Of a stretch of DNA of 38,523 nt, positions 1 through 11,810 are shown piece by piece. Position 1 is the first letter of the stretch. Each line of letters opens with the position of its first letter. This stretch comes from a virus: IMG/VR virus record IMGVR_UViG_2671181139_000002. The stretch is one strand, 5' to 3'. A model generated the notes under the pieces. The model was not told where the DNA came from. It saw nothing but the letters and a program-made list of their open reading frames with translations, and ran no database searches. The position numbers were made by a program, and so were the translations under genes.

Positions 1-2
1 AG

Positions 3-746
3 CCAATTTTAGATAATCATGATATTCAAGCATTAGAACAAAAACATAGTGAAGATCCCTTTTCAGACATGCTGATATTAGAAGATTCTAGTGAGTTTGG
101 AATGATTAAAAGTGACTTCAAATTTAAGCCTTCAGATGATGTAGAAATTGATATAAATGCAATGGTAGAGAAGATGGTAAAATCCATTGAAACTACATCT
201 ATCCCACATGCTCATAAAAGTGTAAGAGTTAAAGGGGATAAGGAAACAGCAGTAGACTTACAACCAGATCCTTCTATTACAGGTGATTGGGCAATGACTC
301 CTAGAGAATGGAGTAAGAAGAGCCAAGAAGAATTTAATCATAGAGCTTATACAGACAAAGACGGTCATACAGTACAAGAGCTTAAATCAGACTCTCTATA
401 TGTTAGACGTACTGTAGACAGTGAAAATAAGACTGTCTCTATTCAAGCTGCTCGTAAAGGTAAAACAGATGGTTCTAATCTGAAGGGAAATAAACCACTA
501 GAAACTGCTTTAGATCGTATTTTTAGTCCTGAACGTAACTATGGTTATTTATCACAAGTTCCAAAAGGGAAGGAGACTATAGATAAGCTCTTCTCTAATC
601 CTGACATGATTATTACTTCTAAAGCTACAGGTGAAGACCTTACAGCTTCTCAATGGCAAACAAAGCTAAATCAAGAACAAAACAACATACAACTATTAAC
701 TAAGGCAATGAGTACATTAGCTAAGTGTGCTTTAAAAGGGGCGTAA
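3..746 (+). CDS. C-terminal part of a large internal virion protein; joins in frame to the 36905..38523 CDS across the window ends
   Basis: Frame is open from base 3 to the stop at 746. Bases 38523+1+2 form AAG and keep the same frame. No in-frame CGG. Confidence 0.7.
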   Translation, partial: PILDNHDIQALEQKHSEDPFSDMLILEDSSEFGMIKSDFKFKPSDDVEIDINAMVEKMVKSIETTSIPHAHKSVRVKGDKETAVDLQPDPSITGDWAMTPREWSKKSQEEFNHRAYTDKDGHTVQELKSDSLYVRRTVDSENKTVSIQAARKGKTDGSNLKGNKPLETALDRIFSPERNYGYLSQVPKGKETIDKLFSNPDMIITSKATGEDLTASQWQTKLNQEQNNIQLLTKAMSTLAKCALKGA

Positions 747-3321
747 TGAAAGATCAATGTAGAGCAGCAGTAGAAGCTGAATTAGGAAGAAAATTATCAG
801 ATAAGGAAGCAGACCTATTAGAACAAGCCTTTCAAAAGGCTAAACGTGAAGTTCCGGGTGAAGACATCAAAGCATGGAAGTCTATGAGTGATGAAGAACG
901 AGCTGAAGCTATTGCTGATCGTGTTATTCAAGACTATACAGAGCAACACGTATTCAATGTCACTACTTTGGTTAATGACTTAGAGATACGTTCAAACCTT
1001 GCTAAAGAGCTTACTTCACATCCTTCTCTTAACCCATTAGAAGCCTTACATAGAAAGCTTGTTATGCATACAGACCAAAGCCGGTATTCAATCTGTTGAA
1101 CATGTTATTACGGCTGTTGAATCTCGATACTTTGCTAAAGTTGCAGATGTATTTTCAAAGACTCAAAAAGGCTTAGGCTATTTCATTGATGACCTTAAAG
1201 TGAAATCACTTGTTAAGGAAATCTTCGGAGATAAAAGCGGTGATACTGAAGTAGCGACTTTGGCTCAATCTGTAAAAGATACTTTAGAAGAGCTTCGTCT
1301 TCACTTTAATAGGTATGGTGGCAACATCAAGAAGCTTTCTAATTGGGGGCTTCCTCAATCTCACAGTCATTATAAAGTGATTAGTAAAGGTAGACAGGCT
1401 TGGATTGATTTTACTCTTCCTCTTCTTGATCGTGGACGCTATAGAAAGGAAGATGGATCACTAATGTCTGAAGCTGAAGTAAAACAAGTATTATCTTCCG
1501 TCTACGATACAATCAGTTCAGAAGGACATAATAAGCCTGAAGTACAATATAGAGCTGTAGAAGGTATTACTGATCTTCCTGTTGGTGTAAATATGCAAGC
1601 TTTACATCATTATAGTCGTGAGGTTCACTTTAAAGATGGTGAATCTTGGTTGAAGTATCAAGAAGACTTTGGAGAGCTGAATTTTCATGATTTGCTCTCT
1701 AATCATATAAGAAGAATGTCTACTGAAATAGGGTTAATGCAGACCTTTGGCTCTAATCCTGAAAAACTTGTAAAACAGCTTAGCCATGACTTATTTAATC
1801 AAGCTATGCAAGACGCTCAGTACAGTGGTCAACATACTAAACTCAAAAAACAATATCAGTATGTCGGTCGCTACTATGATGAGTTGGCTAGACAAGCTGC
1901 TCCTATTGATTCTGCACTTGCTCAAGTAGGTAGTATTGCTCGTTCATGGACAGTCGCTACTAAAATGGGTAGTGCAACTATTACTGCTCTTGGTGATTTC
2001 GCCACAATGAAACTCGCTTCAGAAATGCATGGATTAGCCTTTAAAGACATCCTTGGAAAAGAAGTAAATCTACTTACAGATAAAGATCACAGAGACTTTG
2101 CTATCTCTATTGGTTTAGGTGTACGAGAAATGACTAATGCTTTAGTACGTTTCCGGGGATGATGATATTGCTTCAGCTTCAACTAAGCTTAATCAAACTG
2201 CTACTAAAACTAGAGCTATCGCTAATGCTGTTATTCGTTCAACCGGGTTAAATCATCTTACAGCTTCTAATAAGAGAGCCTTTGGATCTGCTCTTATGCA
2301 TCATGTATCAGACCTTAATTCTAAGAAGGCTTGGACTGAATTAGGAGATAAAGATAAACGTATGCTAGAAGGTGGCGGTATTAAAGAGGATGACTGGACC
2401 ATTCTGAAACAAGTCGATCGTACAGAAGCTTTAGGTGGTGAACGTTTAATTACTAATAAGGACATTTTTAATATTCCTGATGATCATATCCTTCAGCATC
2501 ATTCATTTAATCCTGATGGCTTTACACCAGCTCAATTAGCAGATGAAGCCTTTAAACTAAAAGAACAACTTGCTAATAAATACATGAACTACATCTATAC
2601 AGAAACGAATGCAGCAGTATTAGAAGTAGGGGCTAGAGAAACTTCTTTAATGTCTATTGGAACTGAAAAGGGAACTATAGGTAATGAGCTACTACGATTT
2701 TTTTGGCAATTCAAGCAGTTCCCCTTCGCGGTCTTAACTCGAATGTGGTACAGGGGAATGGCTCAAGGTACTCCACAAGCCAAGTTTATCTATTTAGCTA
2801 AGTTGTTCGCTTACACTACATTAATGGGTGGACTTGTAGCTCAGATCCAAAACATTACTAAAGGACAGGATTTAGATGATCCTACAAATATGGACTTCTT
2901 CCTTAAATCTATTGTTAAAGGTGGAAGTGCTTCATTCTTAGCAGATGCAGTGAGCGCTACAGCAGATCCTACAGATAGAAGTTTTAAAGACTGGATCATA
3001 CCAGCAGCATTTAAAGATGTAGGTAATGTAGCAACTATGGTGAGTGGTGCTGGACAACATTATTTAGATGAGCGTGAATCATCTTATGGAGCTGAAGCCG
3101 TTAATACTATTAAGAACAACACTCCATTTCAAAACGTTTGGTACACAAGACTTGTATTCGACCGTATCGTGATAGCAGAGCTTCAAGACATGTTTGATGA
3201 AGGCTACAGGGACCGAAAACAGTACAGATTAGAGACTCAACACAATCAAGGCTTTTGGTGGGATCTTGATAATGAAGAAGTTCGTTTACCTGAAATTAAT
3301 AGTTTAGAAGATAATAAATAG
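746..3321 (+). CDS. Large internal virion/structural protein, 857 aa after two CGGN (+1) recodings at 1082 and 2154
   Basis: ORFs 725..1099, 1059..2162 and 2296..3321 join exactly when CGGT(1082) and CGGG(2154) are read as Gly. Joined length is a whole number of codons (2576-2=2574). Confidence 0.75.
1082..1085 (+). other. Quadruplet recoding site CGGT to Gly (+1)
   Basis: AGC [CGGT] ATT; zero-frame CGG in the 746 gene frame; restores QSGIQSVEH. Confidence 0.85.
2154..2157 (+). other. Quadruplet recoding site CGGG to Gly (+1)
   Basis: TTC [CGGG] GAT; restores VRFGDDDIAS. The unshifted reading hits TGA two codons later. Confidence 0.85.
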
Positions 3322-3374
3322 TTTATGCACCATGATATTATTTAATTAATTTCATTAACTAAGAATATTAATCA

Positions 3375-4007
3375 ATGCTAAATAAACTTTTAATTCCTGT
3401 CCTATGTTTATTCCCAATTACAACTTTTGCTGCTGAATCTTTAGACGTTCAAAAAGCTAAAAGTTTACTTCAAAATATGATGAAAGATCCTGACTCAACT
3501 CAGTTTAGAAATATTAAAGAAGTAACTAATACCGTAGGCGAAAAATCTGTTTGTGGTGAAGTAAACGCTAAAAATTCATACGGTGGTTATGTTGGATATA
3601 GATCATTTGCCTATACTAATGGGGATTTAACAATGGAAATTCCCAATGATAGATGGGGTTTAACTAGACCTAAACTTGAATTAGCGGGATGCTCTGGAGT
3701 AGAAGCAGAAAAGAGACAACGTAAGGCAATCGTTGTCGATAATTACTGTAAAACAACTTACCAGTTTTATGTTGATATAGCATCTAACTCTCTTACAAGA
3801 GAAAAAGCCTTTGAATTAGCTAAGGATAACTATAATACGCAAGGCTTTAATATTATTAAAAAAGACTATAGCGAATATCAATTAGCTTTAGAACAAGGCT
3901 TACAAGCTATGGATTCTAACTCGAAGCTAAAGAAAGGATATAAAAACAAAGATATGGTAACTAGAGTTGAGTTTCTGAGAGCATGTACACAGGCTTATTC
4001 TAATTAA
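3375..4007 (+). CDS. Secreted/periplasmic hypothetical protein with signal peptide
   Basis: Intact ORF. N-terminus MLNKLLIPVLCLFPITTFAAES is signal-peptide-like. Confidence 0.6.
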   Translation: MLNKLLIPVLCLFPITTFAAESLDVQKAKSLLQNMMKDPDSTQFRNIKEVTNTVGEKSVCGEVNAKNSYGGYVGYRSFAYTNGDLTMEIPNDRWGLTRPKLELAGCSGVEAEKRQRKAIVVDNYCKTTYQFYVDIASNSLTREKAFELAKDNYNTQGFNIIKKDYSEYQLALEQGLQAMDSNSKLKKGYKNKDMVTRVEFLRACTQAYSN

Positions 4008-4027
4008 GGCTAGATATCTAGCCTTTT
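4006..4027 (+). terminator. Rho-independent-like terminator
   Basis: Perfect palindrome AAGGCTAGATATCTAGCCTT followed by TT. Confidence 0.55.
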
Positions 4028-4069
4028 AACATCTTTGATAAAACTACAATAATATGAGATACATAACTA

Positions 4070-4403
4070 ATGAGTAAAATAGAAGAATACAAGGATGAGT
4101 TAGCTCGAATACAAGAGCTTTCCATCCTCGATACAATAGATCTAGTCGATCGAGCACATAACACAGATAAAGAGACGAAAGTTCGGGCGAGGTGATGCTT
4201 GTTGGCTTTATAAATCAGCTAACCAAACTTTAGCTATAGCAGCTCGTATAGAACAACTATTAACAGTTAAACAAGCTGAAGTTACTACTTCTGAAGAAGA
4301 AGATAAACAAAAAGAAGCTGAAGCAGCCAAGATACTAGAACAGGTTAAACAAGAGTACTCAAAACGTAAAGGAAGATCAGATGGGTCTACCTCAAAACAA
4401 TAA
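4070..4403 (+). CDS. Small terminase subunit candidate, recoded at 4184
   Basis: ATG 4070, in-frame CGGG at 4184, then +1 frame open to TAA 4403. Lies immediately upstream of and overlaps TerL. Charged and helical. Confidence 0.55.
4184..4187 (+). other. Quadruplet recoding site CGGG to Gly (+1)
   Basis: GTT [CGGG] CGA; restores TKVGRGDACWL. Confidence 0.8.
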
Positions 4404-6038
4404 TAAAGCTTCATTTCCTGAGTTTTACCTTGTCTATGCACATCAACAAGGATGGGAAGTTCCTGATTTTCATTTAAGAGTCTGTGAGTGGCTTGAAGAT
4501 TTTGGTCACTTAGGCGTACTTATGCTTCCGCGTGGACATCGGGAAATCTACTCTTCTTGATATATGGAACGCCTACTTATTTTATAAAGACCAAGAAGAG
4601 CTGGTATTACATCAAGGTGCTACTGATCCTGATGCATATAAATGTTCTAGAGGAACACAACAAGTATTAGAGAAACACGCTTTAACTTGGAATAGACAAA
4701 AGAAGAAAGGTGAGACACAGAAATGGTGGGTACAAGGTTCTTCAGATGTTCGTCATGGTTCATTACATGCTAGAGGTATTCTTTCTAACGTTACTGGAGC
4801 ACGTGCAACTATTATAGAAAATGATGATGTAGAAGTTCCCACTACTACTGAAACACCTGAAGCAAGAGAAAAACTAAGATACCGCCTATCTGAGCAAGTT
4901 CATATTCTTGTTCCGGGTGGAAGACGTTTATTTGTTGGTACACCTCATACACATGACTCTTTATATGCACAGTTAATTGAAGCCGGGGCAAACTATCTTA
5001 TTCTTCGTATGTTTGAGAATGAAGCTAGATTTACTTCTGGAGAAACTACTGTTTCCACCACTTTTAGACCTATTTATATATTCAGTGGTATTAGTACTCA
5101 TGCAAAGCTCTTAACTGATGGGGCAGATTATATAGTTAAGAAAGCTGGTGAATCTTTTGTTATTGAACTCATAGAGAAGCATAGTTTGCTTGATGTTTAT
5201 TCAGAAGCATTATGGGCTGAACGTTTTACTTCAGATGTAATGGAAGCTAGACGAAAGGAATGTCAGACATTAGGAGAATGGGACTCTCAATATCAAATGC
5301 ATAATAAGGCTATAGGAGATATTCGCTTAGATCCAGACAGACTTATACCTTATATAGAAGAGATCACCTTTACCCAAGCTAATAAAGAAACATTAATGTT
5401 ATTGGGTGATAAACGTATTGTTTCCGCTACTCTTCACTTTGATCCTTCATCCGGGAAGACTAAATCAGATGTATCAGCAATTGCTTTAGTACTAAGTGAT
5501 GAAGCCGGTCGCTTGTATTGGCATCGATCAATAGCACTCATTGGTAATGTTTGTGAGACAGATAATAAAGGTCAGATCGTTGGTGGTCAGGTTTGGCAGT
5601 TATGTGACCTCATAGAAGAGTTTAAGTTGCCTAGAATATGTATAGAGACTAACCGGAGTTGGTACTCATATACCTTCAGTACTTCTATCAGCTCTTAAAG
5701 TTAGAGGTCTACATTGTGGTGTAACTGAGAAACACGTCTCTACTCCTAAGAACAAAAGAATCTTAGCAGCTATAGAAGCACCTTTAATGAGTGGCTATCT
5801 ATATGCTCATCAATCTGTATTGAAGAATAAAGAGGGGGGAGAGTCCCCTCAAGTTAAGCAGATGCGCCTATTTGATCCTTCTACTAATCAAAATGAAGAT
5901 GATTATTTAGATAGTTTAGCTGGTGCAATCAGTACGGAGCCTATCAAAATAGGTCAAAACAACTTATATCCAGCCTATCGCTCTAAAGATGATTGGAGAC
6001 CTTCAAATCAGTACTTAGAAATGGAAATAGATTTTTAG
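4381..6038 (+). CDS. terL: Terminase large subunit, 551 aa after recodings at 4540 and 5654
   Basis: Reads MGLPQNNNKASFPEFYL...GVLMLPRGH-[G]-KSTLLDIWNAYLFYKD...HFDPSSGKTKSDVSAIALVLSD...ICIETN-[G]-VGTHIPSVLLSAL. P-loop and nuclease-region motifs are restored only by the two +1 events. Confidence 0.85.
4540..4543 (+). other. Quadruplet recoding site CGGG to Gly (+1) in the TerL P-loop
   Basis: CAT [CGGG] AAA; restores LPRGHGKST. Confidence 0.92.
5654..5657 (+). other. Quadruplet recoding site CGGA to Gly (+1)
   Basis: AAC [CGGA] GTT; restores ETNGVGTHIP. Confidence 0.9.
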
Positions 6039-6399
6039 TATTTCTGCATGAACTGTAATGACTATTATTTTCATTTATAGGTATTTATTAGGGTTAGATA
6101 ACAACTAGATTTGCTCAGTACAGGGTAAGATAGAAACCACTATATATAGTGTTTATTAGTTTTAATTAACACAAGCGACAAGATTAGTCGTACCTTTTTT
6201 ACGAGATATGCATTAAACCATACGTTTAAACGCTATCATTTGATGCTAAAAACATTAGTTTTAGAGTTGTGGTATATAGGTTATTACTATAGGTTAAACG
6301 CGCTGTAATGAGCTGTAGTGAGTCTCTATGCGCTTTTATTTAAAAAATATCGTGTTTTTCTATTGCAGTTCACACGAAGGTAGCGTAATATCAACCACA

Positions 6400-6545
6400 T
6401 GCAAAAAAGCCAAGACATTTCTGCCTTGGCTAATTTGACAAAGCCTAGATAAATCTAGGCAACAAACTGTGCGATATAAGTGGTGTTCCAAAAGAACATA
6501 GATATAGCAAACTCCTACATAAGCTATGTCTACCTCTTAAATCTG
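6400..6545 (+). other. Hairpin-rich intergenic region, possible structured RNA or regulatory region
   Basis: Inverted repeats AGCCAAG..CTTGGCT (6409-6431), GCCTAGAT..ATCTAGGC (6443-6460) and ACATAG..CTATGT in a 640-bp ORF-free gap. Confidence 0.35.
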
Positions 6546-6691
6546 GTTTTCTATTCTAGCTAACTTAGATTAGTTATACAACATAATTTGTATAATTTGT
6601 TTATGAAGCTTGCCTAGACTTCCTCTTTTAAGTTGCCACAAATATCCATTTTTCCGTTAAAAACTTAATGTAATTATGGAGTTTGCTTATT

Positions 6692-7009
6692 ATGGCAACA
6701 ACATACAAATTCCCTCCTCAGGGATCTCAAGAAGCTCTCCTTCTAACTGAATTGTTAGGTGGAGCGGTTATTCGTAATCATCGTTCAATGAATGCGATCG
6801 GTAGTCCAAGTCCAGCTACTGTGATGAGTCATTTACGACTCAAACGTAACTGGGATGATGTGATTAAACGTCAGTCATGCAGCAGTACATCAAGTACAGG
6901 TCAACCGACTCGTATCAAAGAGTATTTCATTGAGGCTAAAACGATCATGGAATTAAAAGCTAACGATCCCCGCATCGAAAAGTTTTTAAAATCTAATCGC
7001 AAGTCTTAA
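6692..7009 (+). CDS. Hypothetical protein MATTYKFPPQGSQEALLLTELLGG
   Basis: Intact ORF in the late cluster. Start inferred at the internal ATG. Confidence 0.5.
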   Translation: MATTYKFPPQGSQEALLLTELLGGAVIRNHRSMNAIGSPSPATVMSHLRLKRNWDDVIKRQSCSSTSSTGQPTRIKEYFIEAKTIMELKANDPRIEKFLKSNRKS

Positions 7010-7019
7010 TTAAAACTCT

Positions 7020-7055
7020 TTGATTTAAAAGAAAGGTGTCCTACGGGATGCCTTT
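7020..7055 (+). terminator. Terminator-like hairpin
   Basis: AGGTGTCC-TACG-GGATGCCTTTTTT. Confidence 0.5.
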
Positions 7056-7100
7056 TTTATTACCCAATATAAAACAATAATAAATAAGGAATAATTATAA

Positions 7101-9451
7101 ATGACTGTACAAAATACTATACCTATTCAGCACTTTACAGCTAATGGCATTACTACAGTATTTGCTTTTGACTTTGAAGTAGAAGGTAAGGATAACATCC
7201 ATGTAAGTGTTAACCGGGTTAACTGTTGATCCGACCGCTTACAGCTTTAATGAAGCTACTCGATCTATTCAATTCACTACAGCGCCTATAGATGGATCAG
7301 ACATCACAATTGAACGTGATACAACTGTAGAGCGAACTATCCAATACGAAACATATAACAACAGCTTTAGACCTTCTACTCTTAACTATGACTTTGATCG
7401 TATCTGGAGAGTGTTACAAGAGAAGGGGATTGATAGTGTAAAAACCCTTTCAGCTCTTATAGATCTTCTTGATCAACTATCAGCAGCAGATAGAGCTATT
7501 GTTCAACAATTAATTGATGAAACTAGACTCAATATTCAATCAGATACAGGCATTGTTGAGTTAATTGATCTAGAAGCTCAGAAACGCCAAGAACAAGATA
7601 AAGCCTACAATTTATTGAGTCAGATTGAAGCCGGGAAGCTTGGAGATGAGTTAAAGAATTACTTTAATACTGTTGTTGCTTCTCAAACTCCTCATATTTT
7701 TGATGGGGTTACATCTCAAATTGTTGTTGATACAACCCTTAATCAAACACAAGCACAAATTAATGCTAGTCAACTAATTCATAATAATAAATCAGTAATT
7801 TATGTTGAATCGATAGATGAGATGTTAGCTATTAATCCAAAACGTAATCGGACAAGTAGTTATTACTAAGTCTTATTATTCAGGTATTGGTTTAGGTGGT
7901 GGTGAATTTATTTATGATGCTAGTAAGGCTGCTATTAACAATGGTGTATTTATCCTAAATGGATGGGTACGCTCAATCAAAGATTCAAAACTATCAGTTC
8001 ATGATGCTGGTGCAATAGGTGATGGAGTGACAAGTGATACAGAAGCAATTAATAAGTTAATGCAAGCTCTGTATGATTTAGGTCTTCACTCTAATGGACA
8101 ACTTAACGAAGATTCTTTTGAAGTAAATTTTGAGGGTAACAAACGCTATTTTATTGACTCTCCAATTTTACATGCTCCAAACACTACGCTTAATGGTAAT
8201 GGTTGTACGCTTTACGGTAATAATAAACTTAATAATGGTATCCATTCAGCTTATTGGGTAAATGGTATTTTAACTGATCTAACATCTAAACCATTAGAAA
8301 CATCTATGCAGTTTAGAACTCATATAAAAGGTTTTCTATTTAAAAACTTTAAATATTCAATGAATCTTAAAGGAATGACATTTGGATGTTCAGTGGTTGA
8401 TTGTTCAAGTCGTTATTGTATTCGCCATATTAACTCTATTGAACACTACTTCTTACATGTTATTCGTAATAAAGCTGAAGCTTGTACATTAGGTTATTAC
8501 TTCTCAACATTTAGTGGCATGTTGCAATTTCAAACAGTCTCAGCCTCTAATTGTACGTTAGGTTTTCATTTTGCATCAGCAGCACAAGCAACTAAGATTA
8601 GCAATATTTCAGTCGAACATTGTACAGATGGTATTTTCATTGAAGGTTCAGGTAATACTGGCGGCATTGCAATTAAAAGTTCTTACTTTGAGGGTATAAC
8701 AGGCAAGGCTATAGAGCTGCAAACTAATACATATGGTTCTTGCCGTGTTTCTGACTGCTTTATTAATATTTCAGGTACATTAGCTAAAGAATCAGGGAAC
8801 TGTAAATTTATTATTGAAGATGATAATTGGCTTCAGGCTCATGGAATATTGATAGATGCATCCTCATCTACAACTTCTAGAAGTAGGACTATTCAAACAC
8901 CTATACAGTTTAATGGTGGTTCTTCTGCACCTAACTCACCATTAGGAATCAATAATGATAAGAATAGTTTTAATGGTGGCTCATGCAGACTATGGGCATG
9001 TAATACACATGAACAGATGATTAATCAAAAAGATACTGTATCAGGAAATACCGTTGCCTTACATCGTCATTATTTCTCAGCAATTCCTTACCAGTACTAT
9101 GGTAATCAAGGAACCCCACCAAGTAATATAATTCCATTTTGTTCACATGTTGCTTCAGGTTCATCCTCAGTAACTAATGTTGTTATAACTACATCTATTA
9201 CACCAAACAGTTTTGCTACAGGTATATTTAACCTTGAGATTCAACATGACGGTTTAACTAAAACTACAAAAGTTTGTGGTACTTTTTACGGCACAGATCT
9301 TGTATTAGATATTATTAAGACGGGTGGGACCACTACTACTGGTGTTACTGGGACAATTGCTTCAATTAATGGAGTGTACGTTTTAACTATTAGTGGTTTA
9401 GTTGGCGATATGGCAAATTATAGATGTCGTGGATTTATTAAACTTATTTAA
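7101..9451 (+). CDS. Tail fibre/tailspike 1 (T7 gp17-like N-terminal domain plus beta-helix region), recoded at 7215 and 7849
   Basis: MTVQNTIPIQHFTANGITTVFAFDFEVEGKDNIHVSVN-[G]-LTVDPTAYSFNEATRSIQFTTAP... and INPKRN-[G]-QVVITKSYYSGIGLGGG... Joined length is 2351-2=783 codons. Confidence 0.8.
7215..7218 (+). other. Quadruplet recoding site CGGG to Gly (+1)
   Basis: AAC [CGGG] TTA; restores VSVNGLTVDP. Confidence 0.9.
7849..7852 (+). other. Quadruplet recoding site CGGA to Gly (+1)
   Basis: AAT [CGGA] CAA; restores KRNGQVVITKSYYSG. Confidence 0.88.
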
Positions 9452-9479
9452 ATTACTTAAAATAATATAGGAAAAACAA

Positions 9480-11800
9480 ATGACTGTAGAACAGAATAAT
9501 CCCATCGTTACCTATGTAGCAGATGGAGCAACAACAATATTTACTCTTACTTTTGATGTAGAGAGTAAAGACAATTTAAAAGTAACAGCGAACCGGATTA
9601 ACCGTTTCTAAGAACGACTACAACTATAACAGTACTAATAACACAGTAAATTTCTATCATGCTGTACCTTCAGGAACAGAGATTGTAATTGAGAGAGCAA
9701 CTACTTTAGAACGAGCTAATACTTATTCTACTTTTGGTGATGGATTTAGACCTGAATCTCTTAACTATGATTTTGACTCTATCTATAAGGTTCTTCAGGA
9801 AAAAGGTGTAGAAAAAGCTGAAGCATTAGCTTCATTGATAGATGTATTGGTAGGTCTAAGTGAAGCTGATCGTAACGTCTTACAAGCTGTCTATGATCAA
9901 ACTGAAGCTGACATTAATACTGATAGTGGTGTACTAGCTCTTATTCAAGAAGAGCTATCTAAACGTGGAACAGAAGATCAAGCTTTAGACCTTTTAGATA
10001 AGCTACGTGATGGCTATGTATTAGAGGATTTAAAGCTCTATGTAGACAATATTCTAGCTATTCAAAATCCTAACCTTTTAACTGGTATAACTTCTCGTCT
10101 GATTTACGATAATTTATTACATAAGCCACAAGAAGAAATTAACCAAGATTTTTATAATAAGTTTGATAGCTCTGGTAATTTGCTTACAACAAAAGTCATT
10201 AGTCCTGAAGGTATTACACAAAATCTTATCAATGATAAAACATTAAAGTGGAAACAACTTGAGCCAAATTCAATTGAAAGAGACTTAACAACTAGATCAA
10301 GAGCATCACAATATGTTGGTGATTATGCATCTATACAAAACGCTGCTGATGCTAAACGTAGTAATACTGTCAATTTAGAAATTGAGCCAAATACATTATA
10401 TACACTTACTTCAAATTTAAGTTTATCTGGGTACACTTTCTTAAAAGGATCGGGGTTCTATTCAAGAATTAAGTGTAATCCGGGTACAGGTGTTGTCTAC
10501 TCACCCACAGGAATTGCAGATGATCATGCACAACAAAGGATCTCGGATTTACAAATAGTTGGTGATGGTACTTTGGGTGATTATTTATCAACAAAGAATG
10601 GGACCACAACAGGTCTAAGTTGGTCGGGAGGAGCTTATCATGAAACGCATGGTGTTCTTTTTAATGCTCACAATATTGGGTTATCAATTGTGGGGTCTTA
10701 CACCAACTTAAATAGGTACAATTATTACCGTGCTTGTAAAACAGGTTTATACCTAAAAAACATTACTTCTCATCGTGAAGAAATGCCTTACATGCGCTAT
10801 AACAGCACTGCTGGTTTAGAAATTGATGGCGCTTTCCAAAATATTACTATTGATGGAGGAGCTATTGAAGGCAATATTGGAAGAGGAATTTGGATTCATG
10901 ATACTCCTTCAACTGCTTACCCTAAATTGATTTTAAATGATATTTATTTAGAGTCTAACGGCAACTTAGCTACTGGTATTCCAGCAGTCGATATCAATGA
11001 ACATGATCGACTACATGTAAGTGTGATTGGTGGTAGTTATTGGAATAATGCATTAAGTGGTGTTACTACTGGTCCTTATCGCTGGGGTACTTCAGTTTCA
11101 TTTGAAAACACTACTATGAATGGGTTTCATTTTGCCAAAACGATGAGTGTAGTGAATGGTATAGATGCTGCTGCTTACAATACAGGCATTTCAACTACCA
11201 ATATGGCTCAACTCGGCTATTCCGAACCTACTATGATGACTAGATACCTTCCATCTAATCGTGTTGATGGTTATGGACCAGTTTTTCAAGTTCCATTTTC
11301 AGGAAGAACTACACGTAAGTTTTTACAAGCTAATGAAATTACAATGAATTATCCGCATGTATTAAATAAATCAACGTCTACAACCTTATCAGAGAATACA
11401 GCGTTAGATTATGGTGATGGGAGCTGGACAGATATAACGCTTTCAGCTTCTCGGAGATTTTAATAATAACTATGCAGAATTAACCAATCTCGTTGATACT
11501 AATAGTGAATATATTGGAAAAGTTTTTACATTTTTAGTTAAACCAGCTTCAGATTGTAATGTAGGTCTTGTGACTACTGGAGCATTAAACTCAATGCAAT
11601 CCTATCATTTGTTGAAAGCTGGGGTAACTTACAAGATTTGTATGGTTCATAACAGAACAGGTGCAGGAGCATTTAGAACTAGGATTTTCTCTACAAATGG
11701 TTCAGCAACGTTAGCTTATCTTCCTATTCATTTATCAAAATTCAAAACAACAAAAGAAACATTAGCTTTTGCAGACATGTTTGCAAGAGGTTCAATATAA
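9480..11800 (+). CDS. Tail fibre/tailspike 2, paralogous N-terminus, recoded at 9594 and 11452
   Basis: MTVEQNNPIVTYVADGATTIFTLTFDVESKDNLKVTAN-[G]-LTVSKNDYNYNSTNNTVNF... and LSAS-[G]-DFNNNYAELTNLVDTN... Joined length is 2321-2=773 codons. Confidence 0.8.
9594..9597 (+). other. Quadruplet recoding site CGGA to Gly (+1)
   Basis: AAC [CGGA] TTA; restores VTANGLTVSK. Confidence 0.9.
11452..11455 (+). other. Quadruplet recoding site CGGA to Gly (+1)
   Basis: TCT [CGGA] GAT; restores LSASGDFNNNYAELTN. Confidence 0.88.
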
Positions 11801-11810
11801 GAAGAAGAAC

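Noticed and set aside
4208-4441. Minus-strand ORF 4208..4441
   Set aside because: Lies antisense to the recoded small terminase gene, with no support as a gene.
4885-4900. CCGGG/CGGG occurrences such as LVPGGR as further recoding sites
   Set aside because: Here CGG spans two codons (CCG GGT) and the frame stays open. The same holds for GCC GGG, TCC GGG, ACC GGG and GCG GAT examples.
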